A stretch of 62,810 bases of DNA, filler included, from 3 parts of 3 records of this genome joined end to end with filler, not necessarily neighbours in it; one strand, 5' to 3'; positions 42,001 through 51,340 are shown, counted from the first letter of the whole stretch. Notes: generated by a model not told the origin, from the letters alone. Translations and numbers: made by a program.

Positions 42001-43228
42001 CTGTGTTCTCCTTACTTTTGTTAAGTGATTGTTTTAATTGATATTGAGTAACTATTGATTTGTCAGCATAGTTCAAAGACTGCGTAACTCTTTCTCCTCC
42101 AGCAACAGGAGGGTATCCTAAAAGGGCTAATTTCTGATTGTCAGATAGTAGCCCTTGGTCACCTGCTATTCGCAGAATTTCAAGTTTTGATTTTGTTGAA
42201 AGGAACATATTGTCTTTTATATATGTTCCTATATAGTTACCACGTATTAGCTGGTTTTTTGTAAATAAAACCTTTGAAAATGCCTGTGCAAAAGACATAA
42301 TTAAAGGTTCAATTGTTTTCTCGTAAAATGCCTGATACTGCTCGTCACTGTAATCACCGGTTAATATTGGCAGTGATACACCGTAATATTTCAAAACTTT
42401 AGATTCTAGAAAATCTAAGGTTGTTTGGTCTACCAGTTTAGGATCTACTTTTAATGAGGTGTAATCACTTTTAAGGTCAAGAGCCAGTATGCCGCTGTCA
42501 TTATTTTTAAGTGCCGTTTCAAACTTTTCTCGCTCTGCTTTCAATGCATCTTCATTTGACATAGTTCCCATGTTGATAATTCCACGGATTTGCATTGATG
42601 TTTTTACGCCTTTATCAATACCTTGAAGAGCAGTCTCATTGATTTCAAGCACCTTTAACACTGCTGCATTATTTGGCTGCCCATCAACACCACCACCCAT
42701 AATGTCATTCTTAGAGAATTTCTTTCTAATGTGAATGACTTCAGAGTAAGGCAGTGTAGTCTTACAGTCGCTATTTAGAAATTCCAATTGAACATATAAT
42801 TTGCCAACTGGATCCTGCAGGAAAGTTACCACACTTGGATTTAATGGATATAAACCTGTAAAAACGGCATTTCTTTGGGCATCATATTTATAAGTGGGGT
42901 AAATAAAACAGTTGTAATTTTCATACAACTGCCATATCGATCTCTCTATAAAATCTTTTGGTGTCATGAGCGGATTTGGCTCAAATCTAAGCAGATAGTT
43001 CAGTTCGCTCTTGCATTCCACCTGACTGCCATCATCTTTGTTTCGTATGTGCCGTAATTGAACCTTGCTGCTCTCTGTTGCGATTACGTCTATGCACATC
43101 TGAACAATATCCGATTTATATACATCCTTGCCAAATTGCCTGAATATTGGACTATAGCCATTTAGCAGCTTGGCATATTTATAATTCTTACCAATACGCT
43201 TTATAATGTCTTTAAATATGTTAGCCAT
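41984..43228 (-). CDS. HK97-family portal protein
   Basis: EPNPLMT, YPLNP, EVIHIR; synteny. Confidence 0.9.
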   Translation of the reverse strand: MANIFKDIIKRIGKNYKYAKLLNGYSPIFRQFGKDVYKSDIVQMCIDVIATESSKVQLRHIRNKDDGSQVECKSELNYLLRFEPNPLMTPKDFIERSIWQLYENYNCFIYPTYKYDAQRNAVFTGLYPLNPSVVTFLQDPVGKLYVQLEFLNSDCKTTLPYSEVIHIRKKFSKNDIMGGGVDGQPNNAAVLKVLEINETALQGIDKGVKTSMQIRGIINMGTMSNEDALKAEREKFETALKNNDSGILALDLKSDYTSLKVDPKLVDQTTLDFLESKVLKYYGVSLPILTGDYSDEQYQAFYEKTIEPLIMSFAQAFSKVLFTKNQLIRGNYIGTYIKDNMFLSTKSKLEILRIAGDQGLLSDNQKLALLGYPPVAGGERVTQSLNYADKSIVTQYQLKQSLNKSKENTDDKEV

Positions 43229-43241
43229 TATTACTCCTGTT

Positions 43242-44954
43242 CTATCTGATACCTGCTATTTGCAGGTATTCACCTTTGTACCTGCTGTAAATTGCATAAC
43301 TAATAATCGTGGTGACAGCACCGTCAATACGAAGGTTATCCTGTATTTTGGTTGGCATTACTCTGGCGATTTTATCAACTACTATACCGGTGTTTTTAAA
43401 GCAATACTCGTCAATAGGATTGTTGTTATATACAATGTATTTGGATTTTAGGTCAGCCTCTACTAGCTTCATTGGATTTGACAGAGTGTCAAAATCCATT
43501 CTTACTTTTTCGACTTCTATATCTGCATCTTTTAACCGAGTAATAACATCTTTCATCTGCCAGTTATCATAGCCTACTCGATACGGTTTTATCTTGTATT
43601 GATTAAACATATCAATGAACCAATCAGCCACTTTGGGATAGTCATTTTCATTGCCTGGACATATTTCAAGTAGCCCTAGTTTTGCACATTCTTTATAATC
43701 GATATCATCATTAGCCACTGTTAGCTTAGCTTCAGGAATCCAATACTTAGTAGCAAAGTACTTTTTCATGCTTCCCGGTTTCATAACAAGTAGCTTTGCA
43801 CAGCAAAGATCTGTAGTTTCTGACAGGTCGATACCTCCAATACCGTAACAGCCTCGTAGCATGTCAATATTGAATGTTTCAGTATTTTTATACTCACTTT
43901 CCATCAACCACGCAGATACTTTGTTTTGTTTGATGTTAAAGTCTTTCGCAAGTGTATATATCCTAGTACCTTTACTGGTTTTAGACTCTTCGATTTTTTC
44001 TCTTAGATAAGATTTTCTTTTAATAACACCCATACCAGGGTTGCTTTTGAACCAAGAATTATCATTCTGCCATACTTCAGCTTCACTATCCTGCGTGTAC
44101 ATCCAAATTTGCCAAGAAGGGCGGTCCAGTTCACCACTTAATACTTTTCTTGCATCTGCCACACGATCATCAAGATAACCGCCGTTTACTGTACCTTCTG
44201 TTGTTAACTCAATGTATAGTGGTTCATCCTGGGTGGATAGAGCTTGCCTGATAGGCATGATAGAACTGTTATCTTTCAGCTCCCACACTTCATCAACAGC
44301 CCCGACTCTTATGTTACGTCCATCTTTTGCACCTGTTTTTGCAGATATCTTTCGAATGGTACCTTTGTTCTGGTAAGAGAACTTACCCTTATACTTCGGT
44401 TTTTTAGGATTACCAAAGAATATCCCTTTAACATTCTTCCTTGTAACGTTTAAAAGCAGCTTGCTTTCTTCACGCATTGAGTTTATAGCTTGAAACATTA
44501 AGTCTGCTTGCTCGTAGTCATTACTGGAACATAAGACTTTAGTACCAGGCAAGCCACAAAACCATTCTGCTAGAACTAATGCTGCAACAAATGGTGTCTT
44601 TCCATTTTTCCTAGCAACGAGTAAGAGTAGTGATTTGACTTTTCTAACCCATTTATCCCATTCTTCATCAAATACTTTGAATATATAAATGGATTCAATT
44701 ACAGCTTTTTGCCAGAGCATAAGGATGAAAGGCTTACCAGCAAATGGAGCTTCAAAGTGCTTGCACCGGGTTTCAATGAACTTTATCCGCTTATGAGCCT
44801 CTTCAAACTCAACTTTTACATCTGGATCATTAAAGTCTTTTTCAATCCTATCAAAATTGAGTAGCAGCTCTTTTCCTACAATGATTTCACCTTTTCGGCA
44901 TTTATCTATGTATTCAAGCAGATAAGAATGCGTACCATTGTAGCAATAATCCAT
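43242..44954 (-). CDS. terminase large subunit
   Basis: ARKNGKT Walker A, DEV, GIDLS, GYD.W, RIDGAV. Confidence 0.95.
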   Translation of the reverse strand: MDYCYNGTHSYLLEYIDKCRKGEIIVGKELLLNFDRIEKDFNDPDVKVEFEEAHKRIKFIETRCKHFEAPFAGKPFILMLWQKAVIESIYIFKVFDEEWDKWVRKVKSLLLLVARKNGKTPFVAALVLAEWFCGLPGTKVLCSSNDYEQADLMFQAINSMREESKLLLNVTRKNVKGIFFGNPKKPKYKGKFSYQNKGTIRKISAKTGAKDGRNIRVGAVDEVWELKDNSSIMPIRQALSTQDEPLYIELTTEGTVNGGYLDDRVADARKVLSGELDRPSWQIWMYTQDSEAEVWQNDNSWFKSNPGMGVIKRKSYLREKIEESKTSKGTRIYTLAKDFNIKQNKVSAWLMESEYKNTETFNIDMLRGCYGIGGIDLSETTDLCCAKLLVMKPGSMKKYFATKYWIPEAKLTVANDDIDYKECAKLGLLEICPGNENDYPKVADWFIDMFNQYKIKPYRVGYDNWQMKDVITRLKDADIEVEKVRMDFDTLSNPMKLVEADLKSKYIVYNNNPIDEYCFKNTGIVVDKIARVMPTKIQDNLRIDGAVTTIISYAIYSRYKGEYLQIAGIR

Positions 44955-45289
44955 TATTCGAACTCTTCCATCCCATCATCCTCTTCAACTTGAATTTTGC
45001 TTAGAATACCATTTAATGTCTTAATAACATTTGCGTAAGAGTTTACATTTTTTAGATATTGTTCAGCTGTAGGCAATTTTCTTTGTCTGGCAGGGTTATT
45101 AGGGTCAATTCTGACCATACCTGTAGATTCCATCTGTGAGCGAAGCTCTTGATTTTGGGCAAACAAAAAGGCTGCATCTTTAATCAGCCCGTCAATCAAC
45201 TGTTTCTTATTATCAGTTGCATTTTCGAATAATTCTTTTAATTTTTCCTTTTCATCGAGAAAAACCTGTTTTTTTTCACTCATTTTCAT
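44954..45289 (-). CDS. terminase small subunit
   Basis: directly upstream of terL; P27-like length and acidic tail. Confidence 0.7.
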   Translation of the reverse strand: MKMSEKKQVFLDEKEKLKELFENATDNKKQLIDGLIKDAAFLFAQNQELRSQMESTGMVRIDPNNPARQRKLPTAEQYLKNVNSYANVIKTLNGILSKIQVEEDDGMEEFE

Positions 45290-45363
45290 TTTCTCCTCGG
45301 ATTTTCAATTTTTTTGATGTGTATGGAAAATGCCTTCCCCCTCTCGGTTAGTCCCCCTATCAC

Positions 45364-46065
45364 TCATATCAGAGGTGGGGGGGTGTAATTATCAAACCAT
45401 TGGTGAATATACTTCTCCCAGTTGTTTTTTTTACGGAATGAATCAACCTCTAGCCGTGCCATGCACTCATCAATACTTGGCATGATAAGTATTGGTTCTG
45501 CTCCTGTAGAATTGATAACCATGTCACGCTTGTACTTGTCAGCGTAGCCGCCTATTATCCAAGCGTTGTGCCACTTACCATGTCTAGTCTTTATATTATC
45601 TATTAATACATTACGCACAGCAATAGCATTACTTAGCAGACTGTTAGGCTTATCGTATCTATCTAGTCCAGTAATAGCACAGTAGATACTATCCATATCT
45701 ACAACTAAATCATTGTGTTTCTTGTACTTCCTGACGTAGGTTGATTTGCCTGATAATGGTGGACCATACACTAGGAACACCTGTTGCTTATGTCTGTTGT
45801 AGAACCTATCATGTATCTGATTGTGGCACGTACTATGCACTATCAGTATGTTATCAGGGTTCAGGCTGATGTTAGTATCATGTACATTATCAACCGTAAG
45901 CTCTGTGATATGGTGCAGAGTAATGTCCTTAGAAACAAGGATAGCTTTTCCGCAGTGCTCACAGATTACCTGACCGCTAACCATCCTCTGCGTAATAAGG
46001 TTCTCTCTGAATGTGCGCCACTGCTTAGATGCATAGAAGTTTTGAAGTATAGGATGCAGTGCCAT
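45364..46065 (-). CDS. HNH endonuclease fused to a P-loop domain
   Basis: FYAS..W, CEHC, HHI, CHNQIH; GPPLSGKST. Confidence 0.85.
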   Translation of the reverse strand: MALHPILQNFYASKQWRTFRENLITQRMVSGQVICEHCGKAILVSKDITLHHITELTVDNVHDTNISLNPDNILIVHSTCHNQIHDRFYNRHKQQVFLVYGPPLSGKSTYVRKYKKHNDLVVDMDSIYCAITGLDRYDKPNSLLSNAIAVRNVLIDNIKTRHGKWHNAWIIGGYADKYKRDMVINSTGAEPILIMPSIDECMARLEVDSFRKKNNWEKYIHQWFDNYTPPPLI

Positions 46066-46514
46066 TAGAAACTATTCCTTTCATCCATCTCCTTTTGGTG
46101 CTCGAACTGCTCACGTCGCAGTTGCTGCAGTAACGGATTGTCTGCCCATTCACCTTTACATTTGTTGTTGAGCCATATCCTTTGTGCTGCTACCTGAGGA
46201 GCTGACCATTTTCTTAGAGTAACAGTCTCCAAACTTTCGTTGCCCTCAGCATCTTTTACCTTCCGGACTTCGTCTGTATAATAATAAAACCCTGTCGCAT
46301 TCTTGAACAGGGCATTAACTACTTTCTCATTTGAGTATGACTTATTATTCTTTAGGAGTTCGGAAAGTTCGGGTTTCTCATTTTTGTATTTCTCCCATGT
46401 TGTCTTTCCTATACCAATGATTTTACAGATATCTTTTTCTAAATATCCATCTTTGGTCATGCGAGCTATCTCTTTGAACTTAGCCTCAATGAGCGGCCAT
46501 TTAGATTTTGCCAT
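46065..46514 (-). CDS. HTH protein resembling pac-type terminase small subunits
   Basis: N-terminal HTH, ALFKNATG, AQRIWLNN...W. Confidence 0.6.
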   Translation of the reverse strand: MAKSKWPLIEAKFKEIARMTKDGYLEKDICKIIGIGKTTWEKYKNEKPELSELLKNNKSYSNEKVVNALFKNATGFYYYTDEVRKVKDAEGNESLETVTLRKWSAPQVAAQRIWLNNKCKGEWADNPLLQQLRREQFEHQKEMDERNSF

Positions 46515-46665
46515 CTGCTCACATCCTTACTCCTTGCGTTTTCTTTCTACACATTAATAATATTCCTAATTATGTCCGCATACAAGCGTTATTAACAGCC
46601 ATATACAACTATTGTAAACTATCTCCAGCCATATTGTTGATAGTAAATATTTCAATGTGTAATGC

Positions 46666-47154
46666 TTAAGGATTGTACATTTCATTATATTGAGTCAAAA
46701 TTTCTGTTTTGTATCGCCTGGAGGTTGTCTCAGATATACCGGCAATGCTTATAGCTTCCTTGACAGATTTGCCACATACATATCTTGCATATCCGTATCT
46801 TTTTGCTCTATATTCGATTTTTAGATTATTATATTTCGTTACTAGATTGATACGTTTTGTATTAAGTTCTTTTATATCTTCCTTTATTTGTGTTACATAG
46901 TTATCATAATCGTCTGCTTCGAGTTCAGTAACAGCTTTACTAACTGGATCTGATACATTTTTTACAGAGTTATATCCTCTTATATTGTCATCTGGTGGTT
47001 TGATTTGATATGCATAAATTGAATATCTTTCATTTTCCTCACCTAGCAGAGTTTGTAGATATTTAATCTCGTTGTCCAGTTTTGCTATACTATTTAATTC
47101 TTTTTCAGCTTTATTTAACTTATCCTTATCCACATTATCCTCCAGCATTATCAT
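46666..47154 (-). CDS. putative late transcription regulator (RinA/ArpU-like)
   Basis: position before packaging genes, SDP, C-terminal HTH. Confidence 0.5.
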   Translation of the reverse strand: MIMLEDNVDKDKLNKAEKELNSIAKLDNEIKYLQTLLGEENERYSIYAYQIKPPDDNIRGYNSVKNVSDPVSKAVTELEADDYDNYVTQIKEDIKELNTKRINLVTKYNNLKIEYRAKRYGYARYVCGKSVKEAISIAGISETTSRRYKTEILTQYNEMYNP

Positions 47155-47285
47155 TTCTTCTTATCATTGCCGTTATTAAACGGTACTAGCATTGTTTCTC
47201 TGCCACAGTTCTGACAAAAGAACTTATACTTGTTTTTTGAATCTCGTGTCATCATATAATCACAACTTTTACATGGTAGTCTCAT
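47151..47285 (-). CDS. 44-aa Zn-ribbon protein (not in ORF track)
   Basis: MRLPCKSC...FFCQNCG; GGAGAGG RBS; ATGA overlap with next gene. Confidence 0.55.
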   Translation of the reverse strand: MRLPCKSCDYMMTRDSKNKYKFFCQNCGRETMLVPFNNGNDKKK

Positions 47286-47549
47286 TACTGTTGTCCTCTC
47301 CTAAGTACCACTTTATAACTTCAATAGCTTCCTCAGCACTCCTGCACAGATGCCAGCTATTACCTCCAGCAATCAGGAAATCTTTCCATCGCTTCTGGCC
47401 AGCTGATAATCTGCCTTTCTCGGCTTTCATCTCAATAAACAGTGCATGCTCCAGCCTGAATCTTTCCATTGATGACAGTTTCTTTTTTTTGATATAGTTA
47501 CAGGTGGTGTTACTAGTTCACCAAATATGTTGTATTGCTTGTAACTCAT
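47269..47549 (-). pseudogene. frameshifted/truncated VRR-NUC nuclease
   Basis: FIEMKAEKGRLSAGQK in one frame, upstream part in another across an A8 run. Confidence 0.5.
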
Positions 47550-47550
47550 T

Positions 47551-48429
47551 TCATTCATCCCTCCGCATCCGAACATACAGATAGCATCCTGATACATAAT
47601 CACTATAGCTAACCTGCATATCTTTGAACTGATAGCCTTTGTATATTCCTTGGAAGTAATCCATTGGGTTAACTTCATATCTAGCTAGTTTAGCGGCTCT
47701 TGTTCTGGTCATTTTACTGTCAGCTATGATAGCGTGCTGCCAAGGTTTATATAGGTTCAGGCTATAACCATAGTTCTTAGGCTTATTGTTTTCATTGTCT
47801 GAGTGCTTGTCCTCTCCATGAGCCTTCTTACTGATATATCTAGCTAGCCCTTCTAGTCCAAAGTCATCAGGTTGCAATCTCCTTGCTTGGGAGTACTTTC
47901 CTTTTGTCCATTTCTTTTCTGCAATATCTCTATTTGGTATACTTAGCACTATATGATGATGAAATTTTCCTGATTTTGTTCCTTGCTCTGTTACATACAG
48001 ATACTTTAGCTTTGGATAGTTCATCTTCTTGCAGTAGCGTTGTAGCCTACGGATATAATTAACTACATCCTTTTTAGCCTGTATGAGGTCAATTGGTTCT
48101 TCATTGCCCTTGTATCCGACTGTTATCCATATGTCCTTTTCTGTGAAGTTAGCATTTATCAGACGTATTATCTTTTTTATTAGTTTCTTTCGGTTATGTC
48201 GTGCATCTATCGCTGGATCTCGTCTCTTTTTATCCTTTATCTCTTTTATTACTGTTGATTTCTTGGTGTTCCATAGAGGATATATCTCACATTCCAACAT
48301 AGGACCTGATTTGATAGTTTTCATCCTATATCTTCTAATGTCCTTGTCCTTGAGCCTAATCTTATGCTCCTGTGTATCCTCGTATGGAGTGAATAGCACA
48401 TTAATATACTTATCTAATTCGTATTCCAT
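47551..48429 (-). CDS. HUH rolling-circle-type replication initiator
   Basis: WITVGY (motif I), FHHHIV (HUH), LARYISK (YxxK). Confidence 0.75.
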   Translation of the reverse strand: MEYELDKYINVLFTPYEDTQEHKIRLKDKDIRRYRMKTIKSGPMLECEIYPLWNTKKSTVIKEIKDKKRRDPAIDARHNRKKLIKKIIRLINANFTEKDIWITVGYKGNEEPIDLIQAKKDVVNYIRRLQRYCKKMNYPKLKYLYVTEQGTKSGKFHHHIVLSIPNRDIAEKKWTKGKYSQARRLQPDDFGLEGLARYISKKAHGEDKHSDNENNKPKNYGYSLNLYKPWQHAIIADSKMTRTRAAKLARYEVNPMDYFQGIYKGYQFKDMQVSYSDYVSGCYLYVRMRRDE

Positions 48430-48505
48430 ATATTTACCTATATTATGGTTGAGATTTTACTACCTATTACAAGCCCCTAAAAGCCTTTGAATAGTATGGT
48501 TTCCG

Positions 48506-48607
48506 TTGTAAATCCTGTCCAAATATGGTATAATAAATTAACATTTAAGTGGTTGGATTTACAATCAAAGCCGTGTCAGATTTCCTACATCTTACACGGC
48601 ATTTTTT
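48506..48607 (+). ncRNA. candidate antisense sRNA (promoter plus terminator) in rep leader
   Basis: TTGTAA-17-TGnTATAAT then GCCGTGT/ACACGGC hairpin + T6. Confidence 0.55.
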
Positions 48608-48715
48608 ATATTGATTTGACCACCTCCTATATGTTTTATAAATATGGTTAGCCTTTTACCCATAGGCTCAATGGAGCTGTCTTTCCAGCAGTCATTTATT
48701 TAACTTTGGAGGACT

Positions 48716-48871
48716 TTACACCAGTGTTGTTAGGTAGAATACTAAAATAGTTCCTATAATTACTATTAAGTCCGAGTTCCTGCTATCGTAGTGAGTCACT
48801 ATATACAAGCAAGCACCGCCCCAGATGAAAACCAATAAATATAAAAGCATCTGCCATATATCATTTATCAT
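48716..48871 (-). CDS. 51-aa two-TM membrane protein (not in ORF track)
   Basis: MINDIWQMLLYLLVFIWGGACLYIV...LIVIIGTILVFYLTTLV*. Confidence 0.5.
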   Translation of the reverse strand: MINDIWQMLLYLLVFIWGGACLYIVTHYDSRNSDLIVIIGTILVFYLTTLV

Positions 48872-49097
48872 TTCTATTAACCATGTCCTTTAGGAATTCA
48901 ACAGCATCACGATTACTATTTAGCTGTACATCCATCCAACGTCCATATCGATTATCAATGGCTATATTTCCATATACAAACATTGCTCTAGGGGCTTTGG
49001 ACATGTGGGGTTTTGATTTCAGTTTGCTATTTCGATAGTCAGTATACTCATCATGATTTAATTGGAATATTGCTGGTTTACTGTTTATCAGTTTCAT
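48861..49097 (-). CDS. hypothetical phage protein
   Basis: GAGG RBS; in early operon. Confidence 0.6.
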   Translation of the reverse strand: MKLINSKPAIFQLNHDEYTDYRNSKLKSKPHMSKAPRAMFVYGNIAIDNRYGRWMDVQLNSNRDAVEFLKDMVNRNDK

Positions 49098-49098
49098 G

Positions 49099-49521
49099 TT
49101 ATAGACCTCTTACTGATGCATTGTCATATGCTTTGATAGCTAATTCTTTATCATAGAAATACTCTGATTTATCTACATCCCAGGTATAGTCACCTAGGAT
49201 AAAGCCACGAGCCACGATAAATATGTTTGTGTTTAGTTCACATAGTAGGGCAGTATAGCCGCCTTTGCCGTCACTCTTTAGCTTAGAGTATTCATAGTTT
49301 CTGATAGGTTCTGCTATGTATCCAGCTAGTACATATGTCTCCATACTCTCTGTCAATGGCTTTGTATCATCTACCTTCACATAGCCATGTGCTATTAGCA
49401 TGCTTAGTGCTTCCTGTTTGTCTGTGGCATTTAGCCATTCGTGCCAGTCTACGACTATTTCCTCATATTCTGATTGAATTTTGTTTAGTAGGCAGTCCAT
49501 TGGTTGTTGATTATTATTCAC
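49099..49521 (-). CDS. hypothetical phage protein
   Basis: in early operon with RBS. Confidence 0.6.
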   Translation of the reverse strand: MNNNQQPMDCLLNKIQSEYEEIVVDWHEWLNATDKQEALSMLIAHGYVKVDDTKPLTESMETYVLAGYIAEPIRNYEYSKLKSDGKGGYTALLCELNTNIFIVARGFILGDYTWDVDKSEYFYDKELAIKAYDNASVRGL

Positions 49522-49545
49522 CTCGTATCCTCCTTGGTTGATTGT

Positions 49546-49848
49546 TTATCTGCTATTTTCACATTGTCTGGTAATGTAATCATCTACGCTATGCTCCTCA
49601 AACAGCCATTTACCGCCTAGGTTAAAGCCGTCTATTTCACCTGTGGAGTGTAGCCGTAATATTACTTCTCTCTTTAGAGATAACTTTTTGCTTAATTCCG
49701 CCATTGTTATCATTTTCCTAGACTCACGCATAGTCTTTAGTTCAAAGAGGTTCTCCAGCTTATTTAGGATGGGCTGCATCTCCTTGCTGACTTCCTGGGA
49801 TACTGCATCGTTTATGATATTTTCTATAATGCCTAGATTAGAACTCAT
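49546..49848 (-). CDS. excisionase-like HTH DNA-binding protein
   Basis: MITMAELSKKL...GEIDGFNLGGKWLF; AAGGAG RBS. Confidence 0.7.
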   Translation of the reverse strand: MSSNLGIIENIINDAVSQEVSKEMQPILNKLENLFELKTMRESRKMITMAELSKKLSLKREVILRLHSTGEIDGFNLGGKWLFEEHSVDDYITRQCENSR

Positions 49849-50019
49849 GGTTATCTCCTTTGTCATGTATATAGATACTCTGCTGAACAAACTAGGGCTA
49901 AACTTTCCATACCCGGGGGAGAGGTAGATTTAAAAATCTGAAAATTCAAAATTCATCACTGCTTGTATATTCTAGTTTGTTCAGCACAGCATCTAGAGGG
50001 TTAGATGCGTGCGATTACG

Positions 50020-50208
50020 TTAGTCTGTTATTTGTTTTATCTTGGATATTTTATTAAATTGTGATTTTGATATACCCAAAGTAAAGGCATATAATTTTCT
50101 TAGATTTCTATAGTTTAGACTCTTAGCTAACTCAAAAGTGTTATTTATAAGGTTGCACCTACCGCTTGGATAATTAAAAGGTGTACCTTTTGATGACAGA
50201 TTACTCAT
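50020..50208 (-). CDS. small hypothetical protein
   Basis: ATGA overlap with antirepressor stop. Confidence 0.4.
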   Translation of the reverse strand: MSNLSSKGTPFNYPSGRCNLINNTFELAKSLNYRNLRKLYAFTLGISKSQFNKISKIKQITD

Positions 50209-50918
50209 TTAGATGTCCTTTCTGTATAAAAACTTCTGATTTTCTCATATAGATACTTCTGTCCTTTACCAGTTATTAAAGGAGTGAATTTTAATCTTTC
50301 AACTCCCGACATATCTACTCTTGATATCCTTACTTTAAAAATACCCATTTTAATGTATTTATCATTAGGCTCATTCCATGTAGACTTATCTCTGCTTAGA
50401 TACCCTTTGTTACGCAACCATTTGAACAATGTTATTTCTCCTATATGAATATTGTCATTTGCTAATAGTTTTGAGAATTCACCCACTAAAATGTTATCTT
50501 TTGTTTCAGCAATTGCTTTTCCAAACTCAGCATATGGTTTTAATTCTTTGATTTGTGTATTAGCTAGCAATACTGCTCTTGCCATGGTTTTCTCTGGACT
50601 ATTGTAGTCTTTTTCTAACTGTATAAAGTACAGTCTTGCTCTTTTGCCTTTATTATTACGCTGAAGCATACATAGTTCTTTTGCCATATCCAACTTAATA
50701 ATATGATCTGTTATTGTAGTATAAGGATTTTTGGGATTATTGGTTTCCGATTTTTCGGATACTAAAGCATAGTCTGAGTTCTCGCTAAATCCATATTCTT
50801 TCATTCTTTTAAACCATTGAGTGTATCTTTCTTTTACTTCAAGAAATTCATGTAGCAATCTACCGCTTAGAACTTGCTCATAGTTTTCATTGATTGATAC
50901 TTTTATTAATTCATCCAT
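50205..50918 (-). CDS. phage antirepressor (AntA/AntB + KilAC)
   Basis: SGRLLHEFLEV, LDMAKEL, LFKWLR, ITGKGQKY. Confidence 0.9.
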   Translation of the reverse strand: MDELIKVSINENYEQVLSGRLLHEFLEVKERYTQWFKRMKEYGFSENSDYALVSEKSETNNPKNPYTTITDHIIKLDMAKELCMLQRNNKGKRARLYFIQLEKDYNSPEKTMARAVLLANTQIKELKPYAEFGKAIAETKDNILVGEFSKLLANDNIHIGEITLFKWLRNKGYLSRDKSTWNEPNDKYIKMGIFKVRISRVDMSGVERLKFTPLITGKGQKYLYEKIRSFYTERTSK

Positions 50919-50942
50919 TTTGATAATACCTTTCTTTATTGA

Positions 50943-51303
50943 GTCGCATTTATGCGACATTTTCATTAAAAAAAATCTCACTAGCTTCTTGAGCTGTAAG
51001 AGAAAGCAACATTGCTATCTTTTCGGCTTCTTTCAATGTGATGTTTGCTCCATTATTCCGTAATTTTCGATATAATGTGCTTTTATTAATTCCCATTTTT
51101 TTAGCTAAAGTCGATACGCTCATTTGATTCTCTGCTATTTTACCTTTTAGCTTATTAATGTTTATTAGAATCACCTCCATTACTTATATCGCAGATATGC
51201 GACACAAGTATAATAGCACTATTGATATATTAAGTCAATACTAAATTCGCATTTGACGCGACATATGTATATGGTTTTGGTCTGTCTATTGCATTTTTGC
51301 GAA
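50943..51303. promoter_or_regulatory. CI/Cro operator array
   Basis: four related TCGCA-N-TGCGA dyads at 50943, 51188, 51246, 51288. Confidence 0.7.
50950..51180 (-). CDS. Cro-like HTH regulator
   Basis: XRE HTH divergent from CI. Confidence 0.8.
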   Translation of the reverse strand: MEVILININKLKGKIAENQMSVSTLAKKMGINKSTLYRKLRNNGANITLKEAEKIAMLLSLTAQEASEIFFNENVA

Positions 51304-51340
51304 TTCTTATCTATAATATAACTGTTTACAGGAGGTTAAT

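Noticed and set aside
48676-48689. GCTG-GAAAGA-CAGC hairpin (minus strand) resembling boxB
   Set aside because: Only a 4-bp stem; no N-like antiterminator or boxA recognisable
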